Virus record (IMG/VR): IMGVR_UViG_3300045594_000200
Source: a virus
DNA length: 39,313 nt
Direction: 5' to 3' (one strand)
The translations under genes were made by a program, and so were the position numbers. Below, piece by piece: positions 13,889-23,769 of the stretch (position 1 is the stretch's first letter; each line of letters begins with the position of its first letter). The notes under the pieces were generated by a model. That model was not told the DNA's origin, did no database searches, and worked only from the letters and a program-made list of their open reading frames with translations.

Positions 13889-15786
13889 AGATCAAATTAA
13901 AACCGGAAGATATATTTGACGAATATTCCACCGGCAGAACATATAACGAATCTCATGATCTTTACGAAAACGTGGAGAAAAATGAGAATTTTTATGTTGG
14001 TGAACAGTGGAAGGGCGTAAATGCAGATAATCTCATGAAGCCGGTCTTTAATATCGTCAAGAGAGTTGTCTCTTATTATATTTCACAGATTGCTTCTGAT
14101 GATATCGGAGTACATGTGCAGCCTTTTGATGCTACTGAAGCAAATGAAGCCTATTGCGATATGGTGTCTGATCTTATCAATAACGTTATTGAAAGGACAG
14201 ATATTAAGGCAAAGGCTAGGACAAACGTACGAAATTGCGCCGTGGATGGCGATACGGCCATGGTTTTGACGTTTGATCCTGATGTTGAGACCAATGATGA
14301 TGTTAAGGGAGACATCAAGGCAGAGCTGATTGATAATACGAATATCATTTTCGGCAATCCATACTCTGATGATCTGCAATCTCAGCCGTATATTCTTGTT
14401 GTGCAGAGACTTTTTACCGAACAGGTAAAGGATATGGCAGAGGAATATGGCGCAAAGAAGGATGATGTTGAAAAGATCGTCTCTGATTCTGAAGATATTC
14501 GCCTTGATGATGCTGATGATGAATTGACCACCGTTATTACGAAATTCTGGAAAGAAAAGAAGATGGTCGATATTGACGTTGATCCATTGACCGGCGTTAC
14601 CAGACAGAAAACAGTAAATTCAGTTCATTTCATGAAGGTTACTTCCAATGTTGTTATCAAAGATGATACGGACTTGGAATATAACATGTACCCAATCGCT
14701 TATATGACGTGGGAACATACAAAAAATTCCTATCATGGCCGGTCTCCTATTACCGGACTGATCCCGAACCAGATTTTCATAAATAAGACGTTTGCTATGT
14801 GCATGGTCTATATGACAAATCAGGGATTCCCGAAAGTATTTTACGATAACACGAAATTATCGAAGCTCAGTAATGACGTAACAAAAAATATTGCCCTGCC
14901 GAACATGGATATGGCAGGAAAATTGATTGATGCAGTCAAGGCACCGGACTTTTCCAATCAGATTACCCAGTTGATTGACACAACGATCACGTATACCAAG
15001 GAATTTATGGGCGCTTCTGATGCTGCTTTAGGTGAATTGGCAAATCCAAATAACACTTCTGCAATCGTAGCCGTTCAGGAGGCTTCTACTGCACCTTTGG
15101 AATTGCAGAAATTGGCTTTTCATGATTTCTATGAGCAGGTAGTGAGAATAATCATTGATATTATCGGATGCCAGTATGGAAACCGCATGATTAAGCTCAC
15201 AGAATCACAGGCAAAACAGCTTAATTTGGTGGATCATGTCGAATATATTGACAAAATGACCAATCTTCCAGCACAGCCGATCATGGTAAATGGTCAGCTT
15301 ATGGAACCGCAGAATAACCCGAATGTTTCGGTAAAGATTGTCTATAAGACTTCTACAAGGTTTGATTTTTCAGCTTTGAAGAATATGAATTATGACATTT
15401 CTGTCGATATTGGCCAGTCAACCTATTGGTCAGAACAGACACAGGTCACAACAATCAGCAATCTGTTTGATAAGGGAATTATTACTGATCCAGTTACATT
15501 CCTTGAATGTATGCCGGATAAGTATATCCCGAATAAGCAGAAGCTCATTGATAAGCTCAAAGGTTCCCAGGATAACACCAATATTTCACTTCCGCAGCAG
15601 GAACAGCCGAGCTTGAACCCATATAACGATGCCGAAGCGCTTCAAGCTGATCCAGATATGAGAGCTTCCGCAGGACAGGTTGGAAGTGCCGCCCTTCAGC
15701 AGGTATACGCTACTGCAAAAGATAAATATGGAGGTAAAGACAATGTTATGTCCCAAATGCCACCGTCTAATGCACAGAAAAACTGA
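13885..15786 (+). CDS. Portal protein (633 aa)
   Basis: Size and position after terL and before the scaffold and capsid genes. N-terminal ENFYVGEQW motif. Confidence 0.8.
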   Translation: MKIKLKPEDIFDEYSTGRTYNESHDLYENVEKNENFYVGEQWKGVNADNLMKPVFNIVKRVVSYYISQIASDDIGVHVQPFDATEANEAYCDMVSDLINNVIERTDIKAKARTNVRNCAVDGDTAMVLTFDPDVETNDDVKGDIKAELIDNTNIIFGNPYSDDLQSQPYILVVQRLFTEQVKDMAEEYGAKKDDVEKIVSDSEDIRLDDADDELTTVITKFWKEKKMVDIDVDPLTGVTRQKTVNSVHFMKVTSNVVIKDDTDLEYNMYPIAYMTWEHTKNSYHGRSPITGLIPNQIFINKTFAMCMVYMTNQGFPKVFYDNTKLSKLSNDVTKNIALPNMDMAGKLIDAVKAPDFSNQITQLIDTTITYTKEFMGASDAALGELANPNNTSAIVAVQEASTAPLELQKLAFHDFYEQVVRIIIDIIGCQYGNRMIKLTESQAKQLNLVDHVEYIDKMTNLPAQPIMVNGQLMEPQNNPNVSVKIVYKTSTRFDFSALKNMNYDISVDIGQSTYWSEQTQVTTISNLFDKGIITDPVTFLECMPDKYIPNKQKLIDKLKGSQDNTNISLPQQEQPSLNPYNDAEALQADPDMRASAGQVGSAALQQVYATAKDKYGGKDNVMSQMPPSNAQKN

Positions 15787-15883
15787 TGACGGAAGTATTT
15801 ATTATTACGAATGTGCAGCATGTGGCACAACGATCGGAAAGCCGGTCGAGAAAACTGAATCAAATAAAACGGCAGATGAATAG
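15743..15883 (+). CDS. Small zinc-ribbon protein (46 aa; CPKC ... CAACG) overlapping the portal 3' end
   Basis: GGAGG lies 8 nt upstream of the ATG. It overlaps the portal gene by 44 nt in another frame. Confidence 0.5.
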   Translation: MLCPKCHRLMHRKTDDGSIYYYECAACGTTIGKPVEKTESNKTADE

Positions 15884-15928
15884 TCTGCCTTTTACATGCG
15901 CCAACCATAGCGCAGAGGAGAAGAACAA

Positions 15929-16780
15929 ATGGATGAAGAAGTGACAAACCAGTCGCCCGAAACCACAGAAGCAAGTGTTCCAACAAGCACAAATGAAACA
16001 GGCACTAAAGACACAGCCGATACAGAAGCTCCAGAAATTGATTTTGGCGAGGATGAACAGACCAGTGAAGAATCTGCCGAAACAAATGAAGAAGCCACTG
16101 ATACTGACCAGAATAAGCCCACAGAGGAACCTGATGAAGACTTCTTAGATATCACCTATAACGGCGAAGCAAAAAAGCTGTCTAAGAAGGATGCAATCAC
16201 CTTTGCTCAGAAGGGCATGAATTATGACAAGCAGACACAGAAATTAAATGCACTTCAGAACGATCCAGTCATGAAGGCATTCAAGGCACAGGCCGATAGT
16301 GTCGGGCTTTCTCTGAATGACTATGCACAGAGATTGTCACAGTTCCAAGAGCAGTCACAGATCAAACAGATTGCCGATAACTTCATTGCGGAAAATCCGG
16401 ATGTTTCCGAAGAAGTGGCCAAGAAGTACGCCGAAGCAGAGTTTAAAAATCAAAAGATTACTCAGGCTTCCCAGCAGCTTCAGCAGAGCAAGGAACAGGC
16501 AAAATCTGAAAACGATCATTTAATTAGCGAAGTCAAATCATTCTCTCAAAGATACCCAAGTGTTGAGATTGAAAAATTACCGGTCGAGGTAATTGACGAG
16601 ATCAATTCAGGCGCTTCTTTGGAAACTGCTTATTTGCGCTATCAGAACACACAGCTAAACACACGATTGAAGAATGACAGTCTGAATAAGGCAAATAAAC
16701 AAAAGAATGTTGGCTCAATCACATCGGATGTTTCAGGCACCGGAAAGGATCCATTCCTTGAAGGTCTATTTGGAAAATAA
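15929..16780 (+). CDS. Scaffolding protein (283 aa)
   Basis: Acidic N-terminus and helical Q/K/E-rich body. It lies directly upstream of the major capsid gene. Confidence 0.65.
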   Translation: MDEEVTNQSPETTEASVPTSTNETGTKDTADTEAPEIDFGEDEQTSEESAETNEEATDTDQNKPTEEPDEDFLDITYNGEAKKLSKKDAITFAQKGMNYDKQTQKLNALQNDPVMKAFKAQADSVGLSLNDYAQRLSQFQEQSQIKQIADNFIAENPDVSEEVAKKYAEAEFKNQKITQASQQLQQSKEQAKSENDHLISEVKSFSQRYPSVEIEKLPVEVIDEINSGASLETAYLRYQNTQLNTRLKNDSLNKANKQKNVGSITSDVSGTGKDPFLEGLFGK

Positions 16781-16793
16781 AAGGAGAAATTAA

Positions 16794-17663
16794 ATGGCAA
16801 ATTCTACAGAAAACTATGCTTCAAAATATGAGAGCCAGTTGAACCAGGCGTTCACACTTGCTTCCGTTATCGCAGGAAAGACTAACACAGAATATTCGTT
16901 TGACGGAGTGAGAACAATTCACATTCAGTCCGCAGTCACACAGCCGCTTAAAGATTATAAGAGAACCGGCACTTGGAGATATGGCGATCCAGATGAACTG
17001 AAGACTGATCTTCAGGATGTAACACTGAGTTTGGATAAATCCTTCTCTCTGACGATTGATAAGGGCAACTATAAGGATTCTGCTCTGGCACGCAAAAAGG
17101 GCGCTGTTATTAAGGCAGAAATTGGAGAACAGGTAACACCGTTCTTTGATAAGAACGCTCTGACAAAGTGGGCTACAGCAGGTGTTGTACTTGCAGCGCC
17201 GACTACTTTGGATAAGACAACGATTCTTGATCCGTTTGTTGATGCACGCAAAATGTTCGTTAATTCCAACATTCCTATGACGGATTCCTGCTTTGCTTAT
17301 GTTAAATCATCTGCATATAGCTTGCTGCTGAGAAATCCAGAGTTTATCTCTGTTGAGAAGCTGGGCGAGAAGCACTTGGTCAATGGTCTTGTCGGTAAGG
17401 TCATGAACTGGCAGATCATCGAAGTACCGGATGCATACCTGCCTGAAAAGACAAACGTTCTGTTTACTCATAAGTCTAAGGTTATGGCACCTTCTAAGAT
17501 TGCCGAACTGAAGACATATGAAGATGTTCCTGGTATTTCCGGCACTTTAATTGAAGGCCGCTATTATGGCGACGCCTTTGCATTAAAGACACTGGTAAAT
17601 GACACAACTACTGAGGGTGGCGTTTTCTCCACAGTGGGTATTATCAACTGCGCTAATGCGTAA
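16794..17663 (+). CDS. Major capsid protein (289 aa)
   Basis: AAGGAG RBS and position after the scaffold gene. The pattern YASKYESQLNQAF...YSFDGVRTIHIQS...LKDYKRTG...RYGDP resembles the coat family common in Firmicutes phages. Confidence 0.8.
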   Translation: MANSTENYASKYESQLNQAFTLASVIAGKTNTEYSFDGVRTIHIQSAVTQPLKDYKRTGTWRYGDPDELKTDLQDVTLSLDKSFSLTIDKGNYKDSALARKKGAVIKAEIGEQVTPFFDKNALTKWATAGVVLAAPTTLDKTTILDPFVDARKMFVNSNIPMTDSCFAYVKSSAYSLLLRNPEFISVEKLGEKHLVNGLVGKVMNWQIIEVPDAYLPEKTNVLFTHKSKVMAPSKIAELKTYEDVPGISGTLIEGRYYGDAFALKTLVNDTTTEGGVFSTVGIINCANA

Positions 17664-17671
17664 TTGAGTAC

Positions 17672-17690
17672 GAGAGGCTTCAAGCCTCTC
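17672..17690 (+). terminator. Stem-loop after the capsid gene (GAGAGGCT-tca-AGCCTCTC) with no U-tract. It may be a partial terminator or an mRNA stabiliser.
   Basis: Perfect 8-bp stem read directly. Confidence 0.45.
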
Positions 17691-17705
17691 TGAAAGGAGT
17701 GGATC

Positions 17706-18083
17706 ATGACAGCAAAAGAACTATATGAGAGCGCAAAAGCGCTTATGTTCGAGAAGAAATCTTCCAGAGATTACGATAATTACTATATCCCATGGATCAA
17801 TGCACTTCTTTCAGAGACGTTTGAAATAAATAATCAGTTAAGAGTGTTCAATGGGAAAGAAAAATTGGCTGAAATTCCTTCTGTTTCCACAGAAAAGGAT
17901 GAACTTACTTACGAAGATAAAATGCTCCGTGAGGTTCTTCCTTATGGTCTGGCGGCGAACTTCTTTATTGATGATGATGTATCTAAATATGATATTCTGC
18001 ATACTTATTATCAGAACTCATTGTTCGGCTGCATCAGAGGTATCGAAACAGATAGTGAAAATGTATGGGGTGATGCCGAATGA
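17706..18083 (+). CDS. Virion-module protein of unknown function (125 aa), possibly a head-tail adaptor
   Basis: Position only. GAAAGGAG RBS. Confidence 0.55.
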   Translation: MTAKELYESAKALMFEKKSSRDYDNYYIPWINALLSETFEINNQLRVFNGKEKLAEIPSVSTEKDELTYEDKMLREVLPYGLAANFFIDDDVSKYDILHTYYQNSLFGCIRGIETDSENVWGDAE

Positions 18084-19993
18084 TCCAGCAGAAAACACAC
18101 GCTGCTGCTAAATACTCCATGCTGAATATCGGTTCGCCTGGAATCGGCGGCCTGAATATTGAGGACTTGGACTATACACTCCCTCTGGCACAGTCTCCGA
18201 AGATGCTGAATATGATGTATAAGAATGGTGTCTTTGGCAAGAGATACGGCCAAGAAAATATCAGCGTTTCCGGTATCAGCGGTACGATCTTGGCCATGTA
18301 CCTGTATGGAAGCTATATTTACGTTCAGTGCTCTGGAAAGATAGTGCGGTTTGCAGTTGAGTCAACCACATCTTCTACAGTCTACACAAGCGAAAATTTA
18401 AGTGTTGCGGGGCTGTTCTTTGTCATGAATACAAAACTGTATTTCATGAATAAGAATATCTATCTTGAAATGAAGAAAAGCGATAGCAGCATGGTTGCCG
18501 TCACTCCGTATGCACCGGATGTAAAGATAAACATGAAGCCGAATAACAAGGACAGCGGCGATATTATTGAATCGTATAACCGGCTTGGCGGTAACTTTAA
18601 GAATTCTTTCAATGGAGACGGAACAAATACAAAATATATTCTTTCTGCCAGCCCATTGAAATCTATTGTTTCTGTAACCGTAGGGAATTCAAAGACCACA
18701 GCTTATTCTGCTGATCTTACGAATGGTTTTATTACGTTAAATTCTGCACCTGGATCAGGGCAGAACAATGTTGTTATCGAAGCAATCTCGAATGAGGATG
18801 GCGTTGATACCGATGCAGCCGAATTGAGAACCTGCAAATACTCTGTATCGTATGGCGGCAATAACGCTTCCCATCTGTTCTTGGCCGGAAATGGAACTTC
18901 AAAATATTATTGGAGCTCAATAGCCGGAGGGAATGATTCGGAAGATGATACGATCTTTGATGCTAATTATTTCCCAGTTGAGAATTATGCAATCGTAGGA
19001 AATACAGAAGAAGATATTACCGGTTTCGGGCTTCAGTATAATTCATTGATTGTGTTTAAGCCGAATGAAGTATTCCATATCGGATATACCTTCAGCACAG
19101 ATACGAACAGTGAGACCAAAGTAATATTCACATCAGCTCTTGTAAATAATGAGATTGGGTGTGACTGCCCGAATACGATCAGATATATCGACAATAGATT
19201 GACTTGGATTTCATCTACCAGGGGAGTATGTACTTTATGCTCAACTGTAATTACAGATGAAAGAAATGTCATGGTTGTGTCCAGAAATATCAATGGTGGC
19301 GGCAGAGAGCAAGGGCTTGTAAATAATACAGGTCTGAAAGGATGCACTGCCGTTGACTATGACGGAAAATATATCATTTTCTTAGAGAAATCTCATGAAT
19401 GCTATGTTTGGGACTATGAAAACGCACCGTATTCAGAATCGACAAAATATACGCCGGAAGAATTAGCAAAGGCTACAGCATGGTATAAGTGGGATTCTAT
19501 TTTATATGGGAATAACAGTACGACTTCACCAGCGATTGCGTTGGCCTTTGACGACAAAATCTATTTCACCAGTGGGAGCAATCTTTATACATTCAATTCT
19601 GAATTGGATGATAACGGAAAGCCAATCAGTGCATGTTATCAAACACCTATGCTTGACTTCAACAGATACGACATGCTGAAGACGATCAAGAAAGTATATT
19701 TTGAAGTTCGTGGAGACATGCCAGGCAATATAAAAATTACTTACATCACGGATGAAACACCAGAAGGTGAGATTGATCCAGAAAATATCATGGTTCCTAC
19801 AAAGCTATGGAAAGGTTTTTCATGGCATAAGTGGGGATGGTTGGTAATTAACTTTGCAAAAACGTTTGCCAGAAAGTGCTCAATCAAAAAGGTTACATTG
19901 TTCGGCATTCTGCTGGAAAATAGCGAGCTTGATAAGGACTTGTCCGTCAGTGCAATCAAAGCAGAGTACACAACAGTAAAGGAGATAAAATAA
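18080..19993 (+). CDS. Large structural protein (637 aa), putative tail or nozzle component
   Basis: Position between the capsid and fiber genes. No motif could be named confidently. Confidence 0.55.
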   Translation: MIQQKTHAAAKYSMLNIGSPGIGGLNIEDLDYTLPLAQSPKMLNMMYKNGVFGKRYGQENISVSGISGTILAMYLYGSYIYVQCSGKIVRFAVESTTSSTVYTSENLSVAGLFFVMNTKLYFMNKNIYLEMKKSDSSMVAVTPYAPDVKINMKPNNKDSGDIIESYNRLGGNFKNSFNGDGTNTKYILSASPLKSIVSVTVGNSKTTAYSADLTNGFITLNSAPGSGQNNVVIEAISNEDGVDTDAAELRTCKYSVSYGGNNASHLFLAGNGTSKYYWSSIAGGNDSEDDTIFDANYFPVENYAIVGNTEEDITGFGLQYNSLIVFKPNEVFHIGYTFSTDTNSETKVIFTSALVNNEIGCDCPNTIRYIDNRLTWISSTRGVCTLCSTVITDERNVMVVSRNINGGGREQGLVNNTGLKGCTAVDYDGKYIIFLEKSHECYVWDYENAPYSESTKYTPEELAKATAWYKWDSILYGNNSTTSPAIALAFDDKIYFTSGSNLYTFNSELDDNGKPISACYQTPMLDFNRYDMLKTIKKVYFEVRGDMPGNIKITYITDETPEGEIDPENIMVPTKLWKGFSWHKWGWLVINFAKTFARKCSIKKVTLFGILLENSELDKDLSVSAIKAEYTTVKEIK

Positions 19994-21337
19994 ATGGCAC
20001 TAGATAAGTTTTCATTTACTCCGTCAGACGGTTTCAATGATACTTCTTCTTATCCTGATCCTGCATCGGAAGCAGAGACGAGAACACAGCTTCAATCTCT
20101 GCATACGCAGACTAGGGATTTTATCAATAATCTTGTAGATCATATAAATACAAGCGATACATCACTTGCAAAGAAGGTAACGTCAGACGATATTAAAGCA
20201 TTTAGAATAAATGCCGATAACTCCATTGAGTATTCTTTGGATGGGACAAATTGGCAGTCTTCAGCTTCATCCGGTCATATCATTATCAATCAGTACGGCG
20301 ACCAGTTCCCGCAGCGATCCAGAATGAAATTTCTGAATACCACAATCACAGATGATGGAACGCAGACGATCATTGAAGGCATTAAAGGTGAAAAGGGAGA
20401 TCAGGGCATCAAGGGCGACCAGGGAAGCCCAGGTATTCAAGGTATTCAAGGTGTAGCAGGAGCCAAGGGAGCCCAAGGTATTCAAGGTGTTAAGGGAGAC
20501 CAGGGAGAAAAAGGAGATCCAGGCGCAGATGGAAACTCATTTGTCGTCAAAGGATTATATCCAACTTACGCAGACCTTCTTGTAGCGCATCCTTCCGGTG
20601 TTGCCGGTGATGCATACATGGTCGGTACTTCCGCAGATAATATTATCTATTTGTGGAATGCAGATACGTCACAGTGGACTAATGTAGGATCGCTTCAAGG
20701 ACCGGCGGGGCCACAGGGCATCCAGGGTGATGTAGGACCACAGGGAGAGCAAGGCGTTCAAGGTATTCAAGGTTCTCAGGGAATTCAGGGAATCCAGGGA
20801 GAACGAGGAGAAAAAGGCGAGCAAGGTGTTCAGGGACAGGCTGGTGAAGGTGTTCCGATTGGTGGCAATCTTGGAGATGTGCTGGTCAAAAAGACCAATA
20901 CATCTTATGACACTGAATGGATACAGATAAACGATAAGATATATCCAGTTGGAGCAATTTACCTGTCTGTAAATAGCACAAGCCCGGCTTCTATTTTTGG
21001 TGGAACATGGAAACAGATAAAAGACAGGTTCATGTTGGCGTGTGGCGATACCTATTCCGCAGGAAGCACAGGCGGTGAGGCACAACACAAGCTGACGGTC
21101 AATGAAATGCCGAATCACGTGCATCAGTATGCGGCAGACTATACCGATGGCGGTGGGGCATCGAACACAAAAGGTGAAGTGTGGGCGCTTAAACAGACAT
21201 CAGCGCAAGGCGACGGTATCGGGTCATGGGCTTTTGGGACTGACACAGCTGACCGATTTGGATATACAGGTGGAAATTTGCCTCATAACAACATGCCACC
21301 ATATCTGGCAGTGTACATGTGGAAACGAATTGCATAA
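19994..21337 (+). CDS. Tail fiber / receptor-binding protein (447 aa) with two collagen-like Gly-X-Y blocks and a C-terminal tail-collar-like domain
   Basis: GXY runs at about aa 129-180 and 235-286. The C-terminus reads YPVGAIY...GGTW...GGEAQHKLTVNEMPNHVH...GGNLPHNNMPPYLAVYMWKR. Confidence 0.8.
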   Translation: MALDKFSFTPSDGFNDTSSYPDPASEAETRTQLQSLHTQTRDFINNLVDHINTSDTSLAKKVTSDDIKAFRINADNSIEYSLDGTNWQSSASSGHIIINQYGDQFPQRSRMKFLNTTITDDGTQTIIEGIKGEKGDQGIKGDQGSPGIQGIQGVAGAKGAQGIQGVKGDQGEKGDPGADGNSFVVKGLYPTYADLLVAHPSGVAGDAYMVGTSADNIIYLWNADTSQWTNVGSLQGPAGPQGIQGDVGPQGEQGVQGIQGSQGIQGIQGERGEKGEQGVQGQAGEGVPIGGNLGDVLVKKTNTSYDTEWIQINDKIYPVGAIYLSVNSTSPASIFGGTWKQIKDRFMLACGDTYSAGSTGGEAQHKLTVNEMPNHVHQYAADYTDGGGASNTKGEVWALKQTSAQGDGIGSWAFGTDTADRFGYTGGNLPHNNMPPYLAVYMWKRIA

Positions 21338-21348
21338 AGGGGGAAAAC

Positions 21349-21738
21349 ATGAGAATTTTAGACAAAGACAATAACGAAATTACAAGCCCAGACCTTGAAA
21401 AAGGCTATTTGAAGATTGAAACAATTGTAATTAAGCATCATGATGCAGTTGAAGCGAAAGCAGGAAAATCACATGCTGAAGTTGTAAAGGAATACCTGAA
21501 CGGCGGAAAAGATGTAATTACGGTATGGGACGAGAAACCAACAGAAGCCAAAGCCGCTTATGATGAGACTGAAGAAATCCAGAGGTATCATGCTTATACT
21601 GAGGATGAATTGAAGGCCATTGCCGATGCAAAAGCAGAAGCGGAACGGATTGCATCATTGCCAACAGTCGAAGAACGTCTGAAAGCTACAGAGGATGCAA
21701 TCATGGCAATGGCACTAGGAGACACTTCAAATGTTTGA
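21349..21738 (+). CDS. Fiber-associated protein (129 aa), in the position XkdW occupies relative to XkdX
   Basis: GGGGGA RBS. Position between the fiber gene and the XkdX-like gene. Confidence 0.5.
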   Translation: MRILDKDNNEITSPDLEKGYLKIETIVIKHHDAVEAKAGKSHAEVVKEYLNGGKDVITVWDEKPTEAKAAYDETEEIQRYHAYTEDELKAIADAKAEAERIASLPTVEERLKATEDAIMAMALGDTSNV

Positions 21739-21862
21739 TTTTTGGAATAATATGTTCAAACTTGGCCGCATCACGGCAGATAAGTTGAAAGAGGCAGTAG
21801 TAAAGAAGTATATCACTGCTGAACAGTATAAGCGAATCACAGGTGAAGAGTATCAAGCATAA
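21731..21862 (+). CDS. XkdX-family small protein (43 aa)
   Basis: Hand translation gives MFDFWNNMFKLGRITADKLKEAVVKKYITAEQYKRITGEEYQA, which has the characteristic IT.EQY..ITGE.Y C-terminus. Confidence 0.6.
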   Translation: MFDFWNNMFKLGRITADKLKEAVVKKYITAEQYKRITGEEYQA

Positions 21863-21984
21863 AGCAGAGCAGATGCCCCGCTTTTCATATGCAAAAAGAA
21901 AGAAGAGGAATAAAAAATGAATGATTTATGCATTGAAGAACTTAACAACGGAAAAGGTGAAGATACGCCGGAGGGGGTACGCTA

Positions 21985-22923
21985 ATGTATTCAAGTCTAA
22001 CTAATAACGTTATCTTAACGGATAAGAGCAACAGTAGAAACGGCAATCCTGTTTGCAAAATCACTCCTCATCACATGGCCGGCGTGATGTCTGGTGCTGA
22101 ATGTGCGACATATCTAAAAAACACAGCTAGAGATTGCTCCGTCAATTATTGCATCGGGGTAGACGGAGACATCGCCTGCAACGTTGAGGAGGAGAATAGA
22201 GCTTGGACATCTAGCTCATGGGACAACGACAAAAACGCAATCACTATCGAGGTTTCAGATAGTGACGCGAACTGGAACATCAGCGATGCATCATGGCAGG
22301 CACTAGTTAATCTATGCGTAGATATCTGCAAACGGTATGGCTTTAGCCTTAACTACACAGGTGATGCTAATGGTAGCCTTACAGAGCATCGCATGTTTGC
22401 AAACACGGCATGTCCAGGCGAACCACTGCACAATCGCATGGCTGAACTAGCACAGACAGTCAATGCACAGCTTAACGGTGAGCCACAGCCTGCACCACAG
22501 CCAACAAAAAGCATTGATGAAATTGCACAGGAAGTCATTGCCGGAGCCTATGGAAATGGTAGTGACCGTATGAACGCATTGACCAACGCCGGATATGATG
22601 CAAACGCAGTCCAGGCTAGAGTTAATGAGATCATGGCCAACGGCAGCAACGATGCTCAGCCGGTTGATATTGAGGCTTTGGCGCAGGCAGTTATTGCAGG
22701 TCAGTATGGTACAGGCGATGACCGCCGGAATGCTCTTGGTGACAACTACGAGGCAGTTCAGGCACGAGTCAACGAGCTGATGGCACAGTCTCAGCCTGCA
22801 GCAGATATTGATGATTTAGCACGCAGAGCAATTGCCGGTGAGTTTGGCAACGGTGATGATCGCCGGGCGGCGCTTGGTGAGCTGTATGATCAGGTCCAGG
22901 CAAGAGTCAATGAGATGATGTAA
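21985..22923 (+). CDS. Endolysin (312 aa): N-acetylmuramoyl-L-alanine amidase (Amidase_2/PGRP type) plus three CW_7 cell-wall-binding repeats
   Basis: ITPHHMAG...NYCIG...AW...ITIEV...EHRMF..TACPG. Three repeats of the form IAGxxGNGxDRxxALG..Y..VQARVNExM lie at about 22507-22920. Confidence 0.85.
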   Translation: MYSSLTNNVILTDKSNSRNGNPVCKITPHHMAGVMSGAECATYLKNTARDCSVNYCIGVDGDIACNVEEENRAWTSSSWDNDKNAITIEVSDSDANWNISDASWQALVNLCVDICKRYGFSLNYTGDANGSLTEHRMFANTACPGEPLHNRMAELAQTVNAQLNGEPQPAPQPTKSIDEIAQEVIAGAYGNGSDRMNALTNAGYDANAVQARVNEIMANGSNDAQPVDIEALAQAVIAGQYGTGDDRRNALGDNYEAVQARVNELMAQSQPAADIDDLARRAIAGEFGNGDDRRAALGELYDQVQARVNEMM

Positions 22924-22945
22924 AAGAAAGGCGAGGGAAGAAGAT

Positions 22946-23194
22946 ATGTTAAAACTGAAATTATCAAATGACTTGTATGATTTATTTAAGTTTATTGCTC
23001 AGATTGTATTACCTGCATTAGGAGCTTTCTACGCAGCATTGGCCGGTATTTGGGGGTTGCCATATGCAGTAGAAATCACTGGCACGCTTGCGGCCGTAGA
23101 TACATTTTTAGGAGCTTTGCTACAGATTTCTACGTCAAATTATAATAAGGTAGATGACACTGAGGTTAAGTCGAATGACTCCTCAAATGACTGA
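22946..23194 (+). CDS. Holin (82 aa, Dp-1-like)
   Basis: Hydrophobic helices (IAQIVLPALGAFYAALAGIWGLPY...AAVDTFLGALL). It lies next to the endolysin gene. Confidence 0.7.
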   Translation: MLKLKLSNDLYDLFKFIAQIVLPALGAFYAALAGIWGLPYAVEITGTLAAVDTFLGALLQISTSNYNKVDDTEVKSNDSSND

Positions 23195-23579
23195 TCTTGA
23201 GGCATGGGCCTTATTTGGTAAATGGATTCTAGCTGCCGGAGGTATTGCCGGAGCCGTGCTATCAATAGTCAAACTTATTGGATGGATAAGGTCAAAGACT
23301 TCAGTTGCAAAGCTGGAAGCAGATAGTAAGCAACATGCGGTATGGTTAAACAACGACCATGACCAAATCAAGCAATTAAACTGTCACGTTGAGCAAATAG
23401 ATCAGCGCATTGATGAAATTGAGGATAAGCGCCTTACTGAGAGCGTAAAAATCAATCAGTCATTGCAGATGTTAGGCACCAGCCTATGTGCCATTCTCAA
23501 TCACCTAATAGACGGTGAAGGAAAAGAAGAAATGAAGCAGAAGCGGGATGAACTAACCAATTTCTTTATTAAAAAATAA
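23175..23579 (+). CDS. Membrane-anchored coiled-coil protein (about 134 aa), a lysis-cassette accessory
   Basis: N-terminal TM segment (WILAAGGIAGAVLSIVKLIGWI). It overlaps the holin stop. The start is 23175 or 23187. Confidence 0.5.
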   Translation: MTPQMTDLEAWALFGKWILAAGGIAGAVLSIVKLIGWIRSKTSVAKLEADSKQHAVWLNNDHDQIKQLNCHVEQIDQRIDEIEDKRLTESVKINQSLQMLGTSLCAILNHLIDGEGKEEMKQKRDELTNFFIKK

Positions 23580-23592
23580 AAGGAGAAATAAC

Positions 23593-23661
23593 ATGGCGTG
23601 CAAAACAAAGAAGAAAAGTAATTCTACTAAGACTAAGAAGAAAGGTGGGAGAGGGTGCTGA
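23593..23661 (+). CDS. Possible 22-aa highly basic peptide (MACKTKKKSNSTKTKKKGGRGC)
   Basis: AAGGAGA RBS lies 7 nt upstream. Confidence 0.25.
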   Translation: MACKTKKKSNSTKTKKKGGRGC

Positions 23662-23768
23662 TGGAAGATAAAAAGCAGAATCCGGAAACAGTTGTCCCAA
23701 CTACTAGATACAGTAAATTACTAGCCATTCATAATGCATTAAAGAAGATCAAAGCAGGAGGTAAGTAA
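23661..23768 (+). CDS. Possible 35-aa protein
   Basis: The ATG overlaps the previous stop (TGATG). The ORF ends 1 nt before the next gene. Confidence 0.25.
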   Translation: MEDKKQNPETVVPTTRYSKLLAIHNALKKIKAGGK

Positions 23769-23769
23769 T

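Noticed and set aside
19994-21337. Diversity-generating retroelement targeting the fiber C-terminus
   Set aside because: No reverse transcriptase gene and no template/variable repeat pair could be found anywhere in the genome.
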